Part shown: positions 1-13,656 of the stretch, piece by piece
How positions within the stretch are numbered: the stretch's first letter is position 1
Layout of the letters: each line of letters opens with the position of its first letter
From: Eledone cirrhosa
Taxonomy: Eukaryota
Reading direction: 5' to 3'
Assembly: GCA_964016885.1 (NCBI GenBank)
Contig: OZ024742.1
Coordinates: forward strand, 106,826,001-106,890,000
DNA: 64,000 nucleotides
Notes under the pieces: model-generated
Told to the model about the DNA's origin: nothing
What the model saw: only the letters and a program-made list of their open reading frames with translations
Databases searched by the model: none
Position numbers and translations under genes: made by a program

Positions 1-300
1 ATTCTCCTTCTCTGTCTCCTCTCCCTCTCTCTATGTCTGTCTTTCAATCTACTCTCTCACAACCACTATCTCTTTCTTTCTATCTTTCTCTCTCTCTCTC
101 TGTTTATGAAGGTACCCAGAAAAACCCCGTATCTCGGGAACCCATGCTCCAATTCATGTGAAACTTGTTTTATTCCATTTGTATTCCTATTTCAGGGTCA
201 ACTTCCTTTCAAAGTATTCTCACATTATGCGCCGGTTTGGCTGTATTAAATTACAGACAAGCAAGCAAGCAATCACAGAGTTTTAGTATTATATAGATAC

Positions 301-337
<37 letters not shown>

Positions 338-338
338 A

Positions 339-634
339 AATGGCCGTTTTGAAAGCCTCTACAATGCAGACTGATAAATTTCTGGGTAACAAAATCAGGT
401 GGCAGTAGTACGGAGATAAAGAGGAAGAGAAATGTAAAATGAAATGAAAACCAGAGATGGAGTTACCTTAGAATAGATTTATTCATCCCTATATTTTGGA
501 TTTCACATCCATCATCGAAGGATTCCGAAGGAATTTGGAGATTTGTCAGAAAAGAATCTACATGACTACTGCCACCTGATTTTGTTACCTGGAGATTTAT
601 CCATCTGCATTACAGAGGCTTCCAAAACGACATT
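339..634. repeat. Imperfect inverted repeat (arms ~339-409 and ~565-634), possibly a MITE remnant
   Basis: ggtaacaaaatcaggtggcagtagt is mirrored by actactgccacctgattttgttacc; similarity extends over ~70 bp with mismatches. Confidence 0.7.
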
Positions 635-1129
635 CTTCATATTCCACAATTCTTCAAGCAAACTTAAACATTTCCATATATATATATATAAGAATTGCTC
701 CAATCAGCCTACTAAACCTCAGCAAATACTCTAAGCTGAATGCCAACCTGTCCCTTAGACTCCTGCCAAGCAAACCGTACCCACCCTCCAAATTCAGCAA
801 AATAAACGTGGATCACCCATTCTCCCAAACTCGGCTTGCACAATCAGACAACAATAGCCACCTTATGGGGGAAGATAGATGATATCAAACTGCAGCTGTC
901 ATATTATGTAGTTTCTATATCATAAAGACAAAGCTATTATTATCTGCAGCGACTATGACCCCATTACATAATAGGCTGTGCACCACCCTCTCCCATAGTC
1001 CCTCAACTTTAAAACCTCAACCCATCCACTTAGATGACGTGATGCCACACATCAGGAAGTCTAGTTCCTACAACACAACATAAAAACGAAAATTATGATA
1101 ATCAAGAAAATACCCAATCTATTAAAGAA

Positions 1130-1234
1130 ATATATATATATATACTTATATATATATATATACATACATATTTATATATATATAAATACATATATATATA
1201 TAAATACATATATATATATATACACACACACATC

Positions 1235-1310
<76 letters not shown>

Positions 1311-1629
1311 TCTGCCTTTTTGCTAACAGGGAAAGTGGACATTAAACAAAGATGATGAATATGATGATACATATGCATACATATGTGTGTGTGTGTGTGT
1401 TTGTGCCTATGTGTGTGCGTGCATGTCCCATGCCTGAGCATATATCTGATTAACTATCCAACCATCTCTCTAACTAGATACATTTCTATCATTATATCTA
1501 TTTTTCACAAATTCACCTCTCACTCCTCCTCTCTCTCATCTTTATCCCACACACATACAACACACACACACACAACACACACACACTTACAACACACTCA
1601 CACAACACATACTCACAATACACATACAC

Positions 1630-1662
<33 letters not shown>

Positions 1663-1680
1663 CATACACATACACACGCA
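1130..1680. repeat. (TA)n, (TG)n and (CA)n microsatellite cluster; similar tracts recur throughout the window
   Basis: Direct inspection; these tracts explain the YI/HT/CV-rich spurious ORFs. Confidence 0.95.
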
Positions 1681-2375
1681 ACTTTCAATGTACAGCCTCT
1701 CACATTCTATAAGTGTTGAAAATGTCAAGGTAAATACCACACCACGACACCCTTCTATGAGCCCCCCACCCCACCCTCCACTTCACTGAAATGAGGGGGG
1801 GGGGCGGCTATGAGAGAGGGGACATGGCATTATTAAAGACAGGAGATTCTATTCTAGTTTCTGTTTCTTCTTCTTTTTTCGATTACATGTGTACTTATGT
1901 ATGGTGTTCTGCATACAGACATGTGAGTGATTGTGTTTTTATATGTATGTGTGTGTGTGTGTGTCTATATATATATATATATACACACACATACATAATA
2001 TTAATACATACACACATATGTGTGCATATATATAGGTGGGGAGTCCAACGTATTCAAGCTAGGAAAAAAGGATGATGATGATTATATATATATATATAAT
2101 GTATATATTGCTAGCATAGAAAAATGGAAGTTAAATGGTGATGATGATATATATATAAGAACATATATACATCATCACCATCATTTTACATATATATATA
2201 TATACACATATACATATACATTTATACATATACACATATCATCATCATTACAATTTAACGCTTACTTTCCATGCTTAAATAGATTTCCAGAGTTTGACTG
2301 AGGAGATTGGACTATCCGTTTTTTCCATTGTTTTTCCCATTGACTCTGTCCTGTGGGTGCCCCTATTTATATATG

Positions 2376-2435
<60 letters not shown>

Positions 2436-3327
2436 ATAATAGCATGCTGGGCAGTTAATCAGAAGCCCCACATGCATGGGGTCCCCATGCTAATCTATGT
2501 ATGTTATGACAAGAATATTTGTTATTAGAAAATACGTATTTAGTACATGTTTTACTAAAGTTAATAAACAATATAAATGTTAAATTTTTATAACATGTGG
2601 ACATAGGCATATGCCACTGATTTAGTATCCCACTCACCTATGAAACCACATATACATGGATGTGTACGTATCTCATACCGTACATAATGTATGTGTTATG
2701 TTAATGTATGTGTTAACTCCTTTGATGCCAACATGCCTGAACACACACTGATTTTATGATACACGACTGCTAGTTTTAAATTGTTCATACTTATAACAAA
2801 ACATTACATCATATTTTTAACCCTTTAGCATTTAAACCGGCCATATCTGGCCAGAATTCTCTCACCTCTTTCTGTTCAAACCAGCCATAACTGGCCACTC
2901 ATACTGATATTAAGGTATTGTTCTCAAAATAATAACATTAAAATTTTGTAGATTCGATATTATGTGAGATAATTATGTAAGATAAAGCCTTTACCACAAA
3001 AATACAATAGTATATAGAGAGTAAAGTAAATGCTAAAGGGTTAAAATGTCTTAAGTAATCTTTCAAACACCAGCTTAATAATGAAAATGTTAGATATTTC
3101 ATTAAATGCTTCAAAATTAATTGATACTCATAGACAGTGTATTTCATTATAAATATGGTAACAAAAGGGTTAATGTCACATCAATTGATTTGACAGTTAA
3201 TAATATTAGTTGCATTTATAGTCACATGAATACTGAGAACAATTTCCTGATCAGGAAACACAGATTTCAGCCTTGACTAGGGATGGGGGTTCTATAATGC
3301 TATTTAGATAGCCCTATATATTCATCC

Positions 3328-3908
3328 ATCATCATCATCATTTCATTTTACGTCCGCTTTTCCCTGCTTGCAAGGGTGGGACGGAAACTGATTCTGGCTT
3401 GATTTCTACAGCTGGATGCCCTTCCTAACACCAACCTCATTTACAGTGAGTGCTGGGTGCTTTTTTGCCGTGGCACCTCCACGACCACTTTGCAGTGGAA
3501 TGATATGGACCCCAGTCCCTATCGTCTCATTTCTACAGCTGAGCAAACTGGAGCAATGTGAAATAAAGTGTCTTGCTCAAGGAAACAACACATCGCCTTG
3601 CAATCGAAAGGTTGTGAGTTCAATTCTCAGACCGGGTGATGTGTTGTTTCCTTGAGCAAGACACTTTATTTCACATTGCTCCAATTTACTCAGCTGTAGA
3701 AATGAGATGATAGGGACTGGGGTCCCTATCATTCCACTGCAAAGTGGTCGTGGAGGTGCCACGGCAAAAAAGCACCCAGCACTCACTGTAAATGAGGTTG
3801 GTGTTAGGAAGGGCATCCAGCTGTAGAAATCAAGCCAGAATCAGTTTCCGTCCCACCCTTGCAAGCAGGGAAAAAGCGGACGTAAAATGAAATGATGATG
3901 ATGATGAT
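3328..3908. mobile_element. Head-to-head (fold-back) pair of SINE copies forming a ~267-bp-arm palindrome
   Basis: 3328-3594 is the reverse complement of 3638-3908 with about 5 differences, around a 43-bp spacer. Both arms match the full SINE at 49377-49712. Confidence 0.92.
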
Positions 3909-4924
3909 ATATCAAGAAAACAAAAAACAAACAAATAAGAGGAAGCAATAAGATGAAATTGTATTAATTTCACACTTGGAGGAAGAAGAGTGAGTTACAT
4001 AGTTAACGTATCAGGTATTTACCCTTCATCAGGAAAAACACAAAAGAAAAGTGCAAAGAAAATAAAAAATAAAACATTGCTGAAATGAAATTAGGGAGAA
4101 AATAAAAAAAGGAGAGATAGGGAAAGGGGCAACAGTGGTAGGTAGGGGATTGATCCAGTGTGCAGGTGATGGTGCAGACATGCAGTCAGTGTGTTGGTGG
4201 GATGCATATTACGATGCATGTATGTGTGTTAAGTATATTGCTGATGGAAGTGTGTGTACAAAAGCCCCTGTATACGCACATGCACGAACACACACCCAAA
4301 CACACATACACACCTGTGTCCTTGTGCATGTGTGTCTCTTATTATGTGTGTTTGGCAGGGATGTGTGGTTGCATGTATTGATGTATGCATTTGTGTATAT
4401 ATATATACAGAAGGGGTGGTGTGGGTTTTCGTAGCTAGTGTGGTCCGAGATGGGTTTCCAATTCCAGGTTGGTAAGTCCATGTGTAAAGTGGAAGAGAAA
4501 TGAATTGTGAGTAGTTACATGGACTGTGTAGGAGAGATGGTGGTGGCAGAGTTCTAAAGGTGGGGGTTTTATATTTAGTGGTCAGATAGAGTGTAAGGGA
4601 CAGAGGTTGAAGGAGTGTGTGGTGGGTGAAGGACTGAATACTTTGTTCCAGCTTTCCTGCCAAAATCAACTTTACCTTTCATCTTTTAAAGGTTGATAGA
4701 AAAAAGTACCAATCCAGTACTGAGGTCGATTCTACCTCTATATTTCTTTCACTTCCTCTCTATCACTTAGTCTCTCCTTTTCTGGAAGAAATTGATTGTC
4801 TTCAGATCTGGAGAGGAGATGGACTCCAACAGGTTTAAAATGCCCAAGACATGCTGTATGTGACTACAGTGTGCCTACAACTTGATCATATGTTACGTGT
4901 CCACACATACATATACATATATAC

Positions 4925-5780
4925 CTAAGATGCTGAAGCAACTGAAGCTGGCTGTGGACAAGTGTACCACCATGCATTTTGGGAGGAAAAATCCAGCATC
5001 CACATACTCCCTCCACAACACTGATATCAAAAAGTCCTCTTGTGAACATGACCTGGGCATTACTGTCAGCAGAGATTTGCGTTGGACAAAGCATGTCTCT
5101 AAGATTGTCAAGAAGGCCGAGGGTGTCTTGGCATCACTCAGCAAGACTTTTGTTAGCCGCTCTCCAGCCATCTATTTAAAGATGTATACAGCTATGGTAC
5201 GACCACACTTGGAATTCGCATCATCAGTCTGGAACCCCTATGTTGCTCAGAACATTGACCTCCTGGAAACTGTTCAGAGACGTGCAACCAAGCGCATACC
5301 CTCCATCAGACACCTACCATACTCTGAACGCCTTGCTTCCCTGGGCATGGATTCACTGAAGCTCCGACGTCTGGCAATGGACTTGGTAAACACCCACAAA
5401 GTTATTAACCATCTCACCAGCAACAACCCTGAGCACCTTTTTGATCTTCATGTGTCTAACACATGCCTACAAAATCAGAAAACAGCACAGCTCCCATGAC
5501 TTTCGGAAACATTTTTTCACGCTCAGAATTGCTGAAGCATGGAACAAACTGCCTGCGTCAGTTGTTAGCTGCCGAAACACTGCATCCTTTAAAACCCTCA
5601 TGCTTCCCGAAATTCGCCAAAACTACACCTGATGTCCCCCTTCCATACACATGCACACATGTGTATATCATGACTCATGCACTGTTCATTTTCCTGACGT
5701 TTGTACATTACCCTATGTACTATACATACACTTTTTGATGAGTTGTAGTGCACCTGAGCACTGTACACAATATTTCATTG
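4925..5780 (+). mobile_element. 5'-truncated CR1/L2-group LINE fragment (RT C-terminus and 3' UTR)
   Basis: DKCTTMHFG, DLGITVSRDLRW, MVRPHLEFASSVWNPY, LETVQRRATK, FFTLRIAEAWNKLP motifs; frameshift near 5460; same family as 40395-40932. Confidence 0.88.
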
Positions 5781-6284
5781 TTGACTTTGCCTTTCATCCT
5801 TACGGGGTCGATAAAATAAAGTACCAGTAATGCACTGGGTAATTGCTGGCCTTGTGCCTAACGTAGAAACAATTATTATAAGGATTCATCACATCTCATC
5901 TATTGATCTTGCTCGGGTCATCCTGGTCAGCTGTCCTAGAGGCATCATCATATATAGAGCCGACCAGATCCACCAGTGCCCTCCATCATTGGCAGTCCAA
6001 TGCCAGCCCCTTTATATCCTCCAACATGATGTCGAGCATCTGGCGATCTTCCTTAATCACATCCAGCCATTTGGTGTGAGGCCTGCCACGGGGCCTCATC
6101 TAGCCCACTGCTGCTGCATCAAAAGAGAGTAAGACCCTGGTAGGATTATCCTTAAAAATTCAACTAATTTATTTCCTTATCGTCATAGTCCTACTGTAGT
6201 AGATCTAGCTGAATGGTGATACTCAACAATGGAAAAAACAATGATGTAAACAATAAAGAATAAGATGAAACAAAGGGGATATAC

Positions 6285-6386
6285 CTGATGCTGGCTCCTT
6301 CATTGCGGAATGCCAGGTCCAATTTCATCTGTTGACTCGTAAGTTCATCAATCATAATCTGACGGCGTTCAACTTCCCTCTGTGTT
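6285..6386 (-). CDS. STX8: Syntaxin-8 coding exon 4 (gene continues beyond the left edge)
   Basis: 102-nt exon, ttag|A...AG|gtatat, encoding TQREVERRQIMIDELTSQQMKLDLAFRNEGASI, which resembles vertebrate STX8 TQLEGDRRQNLLDDL...FKNEGA. In phase with exon 3. Confidence 0.9.
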
Positions 6387-6783
6387 CTAACCACGAGATA
6401 AGGATAAACAAGGGATCATATCCTGAGACGCCAAAGTTGGCCAGTCAATTGGAAATGAAAGTATGGAATATAAAAGGAATATAAACATGCTAACAAGTGA
6501 GACATAGTCCCATGACCTAGACAGTATCTGAATAAGATCTGACTCAGACCATGACAACCTGTAAGCAAATGTAAGATGATGATGATGATGATGATGATGA
6601 TAAATATTAGGCACAAGTAGCTTCATTACTAGTACACATTTACAAAAAAAGTGGGGGGAGCATAGTTCATTAAATTCATGAAAGTATATTTCTGCATATT
6701 TTACTGAGCTAATCACAGTATATATAAAGAATGAGGCATGAATCACTGAGATGATTACAATATATTATTGGTACACCCTTATA

Positions 6784-7010
6784 GTGGAGGTGTGTGGCCT
6801 AGTGGTAATGTTGAGGTTTCGATTCCTGGGCTGGGTTGGGTTGTATTCTTGAGCAAAACACTTCATTTCATGTTACTCAAGTATACTTAGCTGAAAATGA
6901 GTACCATCAATAGCTGGGGTTTAACCCTATCCAGGTGGAAGTCTTGTACTCTCGCCATGAAACCAGGATAGGTACCAGCAAACGAACCTTCTGGCTTAAG
7001 AGAGACTTTA
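6784..7010 (+). mobile_element. Diverged tRNA-derived SINE
   Basis: A-box-like tggcctagtgg, B-box-like gtttcgattcc and central ttgagcaaaacactt; homologous to 25829-26120. Confidence 0.7.
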
Positions 7011-7479
7011 AAGATTAGAAATCCTTATAGGAAATGGGGGTGCAAATCATATAGTTAACCACAATATATTACTGGTACATGTTTATAAAAGGAAACATGG
7101 TTCATTGAGTTGATCCCAGTATATTAGCAGTACATGTTTATAGTTAAGGACCAAAAGAGAGTAGTTCAGCATGTATTTCTGAGCAGTCTATGAAGTGTCT
7201 GGTAATCAGGAAAGACTTCCTACTTTGCAGTTAGACACATATAAGTTCCCAGATAGTCGTGGCATATAACTTGCAAATCTTGATTGAAAGGAATGGACTT
7301 CCTTCGATTTCGACAATGACCGCCTTACCTAAGTACAAAGTGAAACCTACTACAGTCAGTAGGCACCTCTAACAAAATACACCCCCGTCCCACTACCCCC
7401 ACCCCATCCACACCACCCCTTTCAGTGTAAAGTTATGTTGGTACCACAACATCCAGCCCAAAACAAATGAGGTTGTGTA

Positions 7480-7725
7480 GGTGTCACGACAAAAAAACAC
7501 ACAGTCGACTCTGTAATGTGGCCGTGTAGGTAACACGGTAAAAACCTCCCAGTTCCACACTGTAAATGTGGTTGGTGTTAGGAAGGGCATCCAGCCGTAG
7601 AAAACCCGCCAGACAGTCCTACGCGAGCAAGACAACCACTCTTGCCTCAAGTGGGAAAACTCCCGTCCAAACCCATGCAAGCGTGGAATATGGACGTTAA
7701 ACGATGATGATGATGAAGATGATGA
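7480..7725 (+). mobile_element. SINE 3' portion with RTE-like tail
   Basis: ggttggtgttaggaagggcatccagc block, then cccatgcaagcgtggaa..ggacgttaaacg(atg)n. Confidence 0.7.
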
Positions 7726-7744
7726 CTGTTCTAGTTGTTCGGTT

Positions 7745-8035
7745 TAAAAAACAGCCTGCTCATAAGATTAACATATAAGTAGCTGAGTATTCCATAGATA
7801 CATGTACCCTTAACGCAATTCTCAGGGAAATTCAGTGTGAAAAGGCTGACTCTTTTAATTACAGGTACAGCCTATCTGACGGGCTTCCAAACAGTTTCTG
7901 TCAACCTAATTTCACTTACAAGTCATGGATCAACATGAAGTGGTAAAAGACACTTGCCCAAGATGCCACACAGTGGGATCTAACCCGGGCCCTAATGACT
8001 GTGACGTGATCTTCTTGACCATTCGGCCATGCTGC
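7745..8035 (-). mobile_element. Diverged SINE of a second family; an uninterrupted homologue of the element split by the 63-bp array
   Basis: Colinear with 16300-16490 plus 26125-26216 (acaggtacag..gcttcca..cagtttctgtc, then gacacttgc.caag.tgcca). Confidence 0.65.
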
Positions 8036-8583
8036 ACTCAAACTTTGATAGATACTGCATAAAGCCACAGCCTCATTAAACATCAAGGAAAGTTAACCAA
8101 CTAAAATAGTTCATGTGCCAAGGGAAATAACTCTGTTTGCTGATTGTCTCCCTTGAGATGTGTAATATCGCCATATTAGCAGCTATTTGTGGTTGGTAAA
8201 TTTTCTAATATTTAAAGCCATGGCTAAATAACAAGTTATTACATGTTTAGCTATTACAGCGAAAGTCAACCCACCTCACACCTATAAACTCATCAACTTT
8301 GCTGTTGTTGTTTATAAAATCTTTTTGTTTCTCTTAGCAACTCCAGCTAAAATTGAAAATCAAACTAAAATTGTAATTGATAGGATATTCCCTGGCAAAA
8401 TGACATAAAAGGTAAAGACTGGAAACAAAATAATTCACAATAAAGTAGTTCCAGGTTCAATCTCACTGCACACCATTTTCAGCAAATGTCTTTTGTCATG
8501 ACTCCATTCGTCAAAACTCTTGGAAGCTCCATGTTAAATGAATGGATTATATATCTATGTGTGGGTACATGTGGGTATATATT

Positions 8584-8676
<93 letters not shown>

Positions 8677-9185
8677 CATTTGTTGGATAATATAATTTTG
8701 AGACAGAATTCTATGACCCAATGCCTTTCCTGATGCCAGCCCTCACAGGCAGAGCCAGTGAAAGGAAGCTGCAGTAAAAGACAAAGAAAAACCTGGGCAC
8801 AAGTGGTAATAAATTATCTTAAAACACAGAACTTCACTGAGATGACAAAGAAACATCACGAGTAGAGTGGATGAAGGCTATGGTGGAAAGGACCCATACA
8901 ACCCATCCAAAAGTGGAAGTAAAAGTGATGATGATGTTAATGATGCAATATTCCAGGCTGATAAATGACAGATCTTTAGAGCATGCTGTAAGTTATCAAC
9001 AGCGTTGCAATATTCCAGTTTGACAAATAGTAGTTTATCATCTTGGTACTGCTAAAATGGCTCTGGCTTTGCTGAGTGAGAGGGAGAGACTTTCACTGGC
9101 ATCGTTTCTGTTGTCAATGTTCCTTTCAAGCTAGTTGAATTACTGTGTTAAATCATATGATGATCCAGCTAGGGATCTTCATCTT

Positions 9186-11330
9186 CTGTCATAATACATG
9201 TTAGAAGGTGGTATACATCCAGTAACCATCAGCTCCTGTCATAATACATGTTAGAAGGTGGTATACATCCAGTAACCATCAGCTCCTGTCATAATACATG
9301 TTAGAAGGTGGTATACATCCAGTAACCATCAGCTCCTGTCATGATACATGTTAGAAGGTGGTACACATCCAGTAACCATCAGCTCCTGTCATAATACATG
9401 TTAGAAGGTGGTATACATCCAGTAACCATCAGCTCCTGTCATAATACATGTTAGAAGGTGGTATACATCCAGTAACCATCATCTCCTGTCATAATACATG
9501 TTAGAAGGTGGTATACATCCAGTAACCATCAGCTCCTGTCATAATACATGTTAGAAGGTGGTATACATCCAGTAACCATCATCTCCTGTCATAATACATG
9601 TTAGAAGGTGGTATACATCCAGTAACCATCAGCTCCTGTCATAATACATGTTAGAAGGTGGTATACATCCAGTAACCATCAGCTCCTGTCATAATACATG
9701 TTAGAAGGTGGTATACATCCAGTAACCATCATCTCCTGTCATAATACATGTTAGAAGGTGGTATACATCCAGTAACCATCAGCTCCTGTCATAATACATG
9801 TTAGAAGGTGGTATACATCCAGTAACCATCAGCTCCTGTCATGATACATGTTAGAAGGTGGTATACATCCAGTAACCATCAGCTCCTGTCATAATACATG
9901 TTAGAAGGTGGTATACATCCAGTAACCATCAGCTCCTGTCATAATACATGTTAGAAGGTGGTATACATCCAGTAACCATCAGCTCCTGTCATAATACATG
10001 TTAGAAGGTGGTATACATCCAGTAACCATCAGCTCCTGTCATAATACATGTTAGAAGGTGGTATACATCCAGTAACCATCAGCTCCTGTCATAATACATG
10101 TTAGAAGGTGGTATACATCCAGTAACCATCAGCTCCTGTCATGATACATGTTAGAAGGTGGTACACATCCAGTAACCATCAGCTCCTGTCATAATACATG
10201 TTAGAAGGTGGTATACATCCAGTAACCATCAGCTCCTGTCATAATACATGTTAGAAGGTGGTATACATCCAGTAACCATCATCTCCTGTCATAATACATG
10301 TTAGAAGGTGGTATACATCCAGTAACCATCAGCTCCTGTCATAATACATGTTAGAAGGTGGTATACATCCAGTAACCATCAGCTCCTGTCATAATACATG
10401 TTAGAAGGTGGTATACATCCAGTAACCATCAGCTCCTGTCATAATACATGTTAGAAGGTGGTATACATCCAGTAACCATCAGCTCCTGTCATAATACATG
10501 TTAGAAGGTGGTATACATCCAGTAACCATCAGCTCCTGTCATAATACATGTTAGAAGGTGGTATACATCCAGTAACCATCAGCTCCTGTCATAATACATG
10601 TTAGAAGGTGGTATACATCCAGTAACCATCAGCTCCTGTCATAATACATGTTAGAAGGTGGTATACATCCAGTAACCATCAGCTCCTGTCATAATACATG
10701 TTAGAAGGTGGTATACATCCAGTAACCATCAGCTCCTGTCATAATACATGTTAGAAGGTGGTATACATCCAGTAACCATCAGCTCCTGTCATAATACATG
10801 TTAGAAGGTGGTATACATCCAGTAACCATCAGCTCCTGTCATAATACATGTTAGAAGGTGGTATACATCCAGTAACCATCAGCTCCTGTCATAATACATG
10901 TTAGAAGGTGGTATACATCCAGTAACCATCAGCTCCTGTCATGATACATGTTAGAAGGTGGTATACATCCAGTAACCATCAGCTCCTGTCATAATACATG
11001 TTAGAAGGTGGTATACATCCAGTAACCATCAGCTCCTGTCATAATACATGTTAGAAGGTGGTATACATCCAGTAACCATCAGCTCCTGTCATGATACATG
11101 TTAGAAGGTGGTATACATCCAGTAACCATCAGCTCCTGTCATAATACATGTTAGAAGGTGGTATACATCCAGTAACCATCAGCTCCTGTCATAATACATG
11201 TTAGAAGGTGGTATACATCCAGTAACCATCAGCTCCTGTCATGATACATGTTAGAAGGTGGTACACATCCAGCTAGAAATTATCATCTCCTGTCATGATG
11301 CATGTTAGAAGGTGGAAGACATCCAGCTAG
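9186..11330. repeat. 50-bp tandem array, ~42 copies
   Basis: Unit ctgtcataatacatgttagaaggtggtatacatccagtaaccatcagctc; only three variant positions; degenerate units at both ends. Confidence 0.98.
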
Positions 11331-12369
11331 GAATCATCTTACAGAGTGGACTAGGTACCTTTTGTCATAGGACTCGTACTACTACCTTATAGGATGGAGT
11401 AGGTGCATTTTGTCATGACACCAGCATTATATATGTTTGTGTAAATATGAATGTATGTGTATATGCTGGCAACAAAGGGATTCTCTCTCCAAGTGAAAGG
11501 TAGATTGTATGGTCTTTGAATGCAAAGTCTTATATATGTTAGTAAAATACTGAATGACAGAACACAAATGAGCTGAGAGAAAAACAGAGAAAAAGTGGAA
11601 CCAGATGTTGTATGTAAGGGAGGGGGCTGCATTGGTACAGACATGTGATTCATATAAAAGAAGATATTTGGGTAAATGGAGTGCCAAGCAATCCAAGTGG
11701 AAAAAATCAGTGAAAGATAGTGACAGAGGAAGAAATGGAAAGAAGTAGAGAAGGTTCATTTCAGAATGCTGAACAAGGGATTGCAGCAAGGGGCAAGACT
11801 TGGTAAAAAGACCTGCATAACACATACAAACATGGAAATACAGTGATGATGATAATGATATTATCATCATCATCGTTTTAAGGTCCACTTTCCCTACTAA
11901 CAACGGCTGGGTGGGTCCATACAGACCAGGTTAGTACTGAAGCAGAGCCACTGATCTTCCAAGCAAGCCAGGGATCTGTGTCTTGCTTATGTACGATCTC
12001 ATGTTCCACTGAGTACTCAGGAGAGGTTGTCATGCTTTTGACATAATTGAGGGTCCTCTTTAGCAAGAATTCTATGGATGGATGCTCTTCCTATCGCCAC
12101 TTTACAATGGGTACAGAGTGCGTTTATCATATAGATCACCAACACTAGAGCAGTTGTCAGGTTCTTGACACAACTGAAGGGGTTCTCCCGCCCCTTTGTC
12201 TGGCAAACTTTCTATGGCTGGATGCCCTTCTTATTAACAACCACTTTACAGCATGTACTGGATGCATTTATCATGTAAGTTACCATCACTAGGGAGGTTG
12301 TCATGTCCTTGACACAACTGAAGGGTCCTCCCGACCCTTTGTTATATGTGTATGTATATATATATATAT

Positions 12370-12424
<55 letters not shown>

Positions 12425-12770
12425 AGAGGGAGTCAGGCAGATGTCTACATATGTATATGAATGGGAATGTCTTTGTGCTTGTATAAATGCTTCTGTATTC
12501 ATATTGATATATATGTACATCTACACACACACACAAATGTCAGAGGGGGAGATTGTTATGGTAAGGGTGGAGGAATTACTTTGAAAATCCAAATTAATTA
12601 GAAACACAAAGAAGTATTCATACAGAAAAGAGATGGTGGTGGTGATGGGAAAGAAAGACAGGCTAAAAGAATAGGAAAAAATAAAGGAAAAAACAAAAGA
12701 AAGGAAAACAGAAAAAAATAATAAGAATGAAATGAAAGAAGAAAAAAGTGCAAAAGAAAGAAGGAAATTA

Positions 12771-12977
12771 TGAGAATCGGCTGAAAAGTTCATAGGCTGA
12801 CCAAGATACTCTCATGGAATGACCAAATGACCAAATGAGGTTTATTTTTCAACATAGTCCCTGGAAAGAAACAATGCTGTTGTGAATAAGAAAAAGTTGA
12901 AATTAATGCATGCAAGATTTCACAGCTCTGGCATCACTCCTTCATAGTCAGCCTATGAAGTTTTCAGCCAACCCTCA
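12771..12977. mobile_element. Tc1/mariner-type MITE
   Basis: TIRs tgagaatcggctgaaaagttcataggctgac / gtcagcctatgaagttttcagccaaccctca, flanked by TA on both sides. Confidence 0.8.
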
Positions 12978-13656
12978 TAATAAAAAGAAAAAGATTGACC
13001 AAATGAAAGGAATCATGTAAAGCACAGGTTCTCAACCCATTTAGGCCAAACGCCCCCTTTTGTCCCTCGAAATCACGAAACGCCCCCTACCCTATTTTTC
13101 CATTTTTCAATATACTACTGATTTTGATATCAGTAGATTACTGAAAAATTAACAATATTCCAAAGATACCATTGCAGGCAGCTGAGAGTATAAATACATT
13201 CCTTGAAAGGAAATATATAAATTTCAAAAAAAGGAACATAAATGTTCTTTTTTATATTCCTACCAGGCATTACCAGCTATTTTGAACATTTATACAAGAG
13301 CAACTCTCTCTATCCCAAGAGTGCTCTTATCTGGAAGAAAGTGGCAATTATATCATTTCAAAGCTTTCCAATTTTCCCTTTAATGAAACGGACAGAATAA
13401 ATGTTGATATCTAACTTGATGTCCCCTCTGCTTTGTGAGCTTAGAGACCACGGAAGAGGGTTTTCACGACCACACGAGAGGGTATATTTATTAGTAAATG
13501 GTAAAATATATACAACAAATGAGTAAGTGAATTGTAGTAGATGGTTTCCAGTCCAGTCAGACTGCAACTACAAATAAAAAAATTGTTAGTTTGCTTTATA
13601 GCAATAGCATATCCAAGTTTTCGGATAAATCAACTTACTTTAACTTTGACCTCATT

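Noticed and set aside
466-604. Phase-compatible candidate STX8 exon 5 (gcag|ATGG...CTAAG|gtaact)
   Set aside because: No STX8 similarity, weak acceptor, and it overlaps an inverted-repeat arm. The real exon 5 is probably left of the window.
1095-2301. Short YIYI, HTHT and CVCV ORFs here and at 57100-60400
   Set aside because: Translations of microsatellites.
9186-11330. CRISPR-like appearance of the tandem arrays
   Set aside because: No unique spacers, no cas genes, eukaryotic context.
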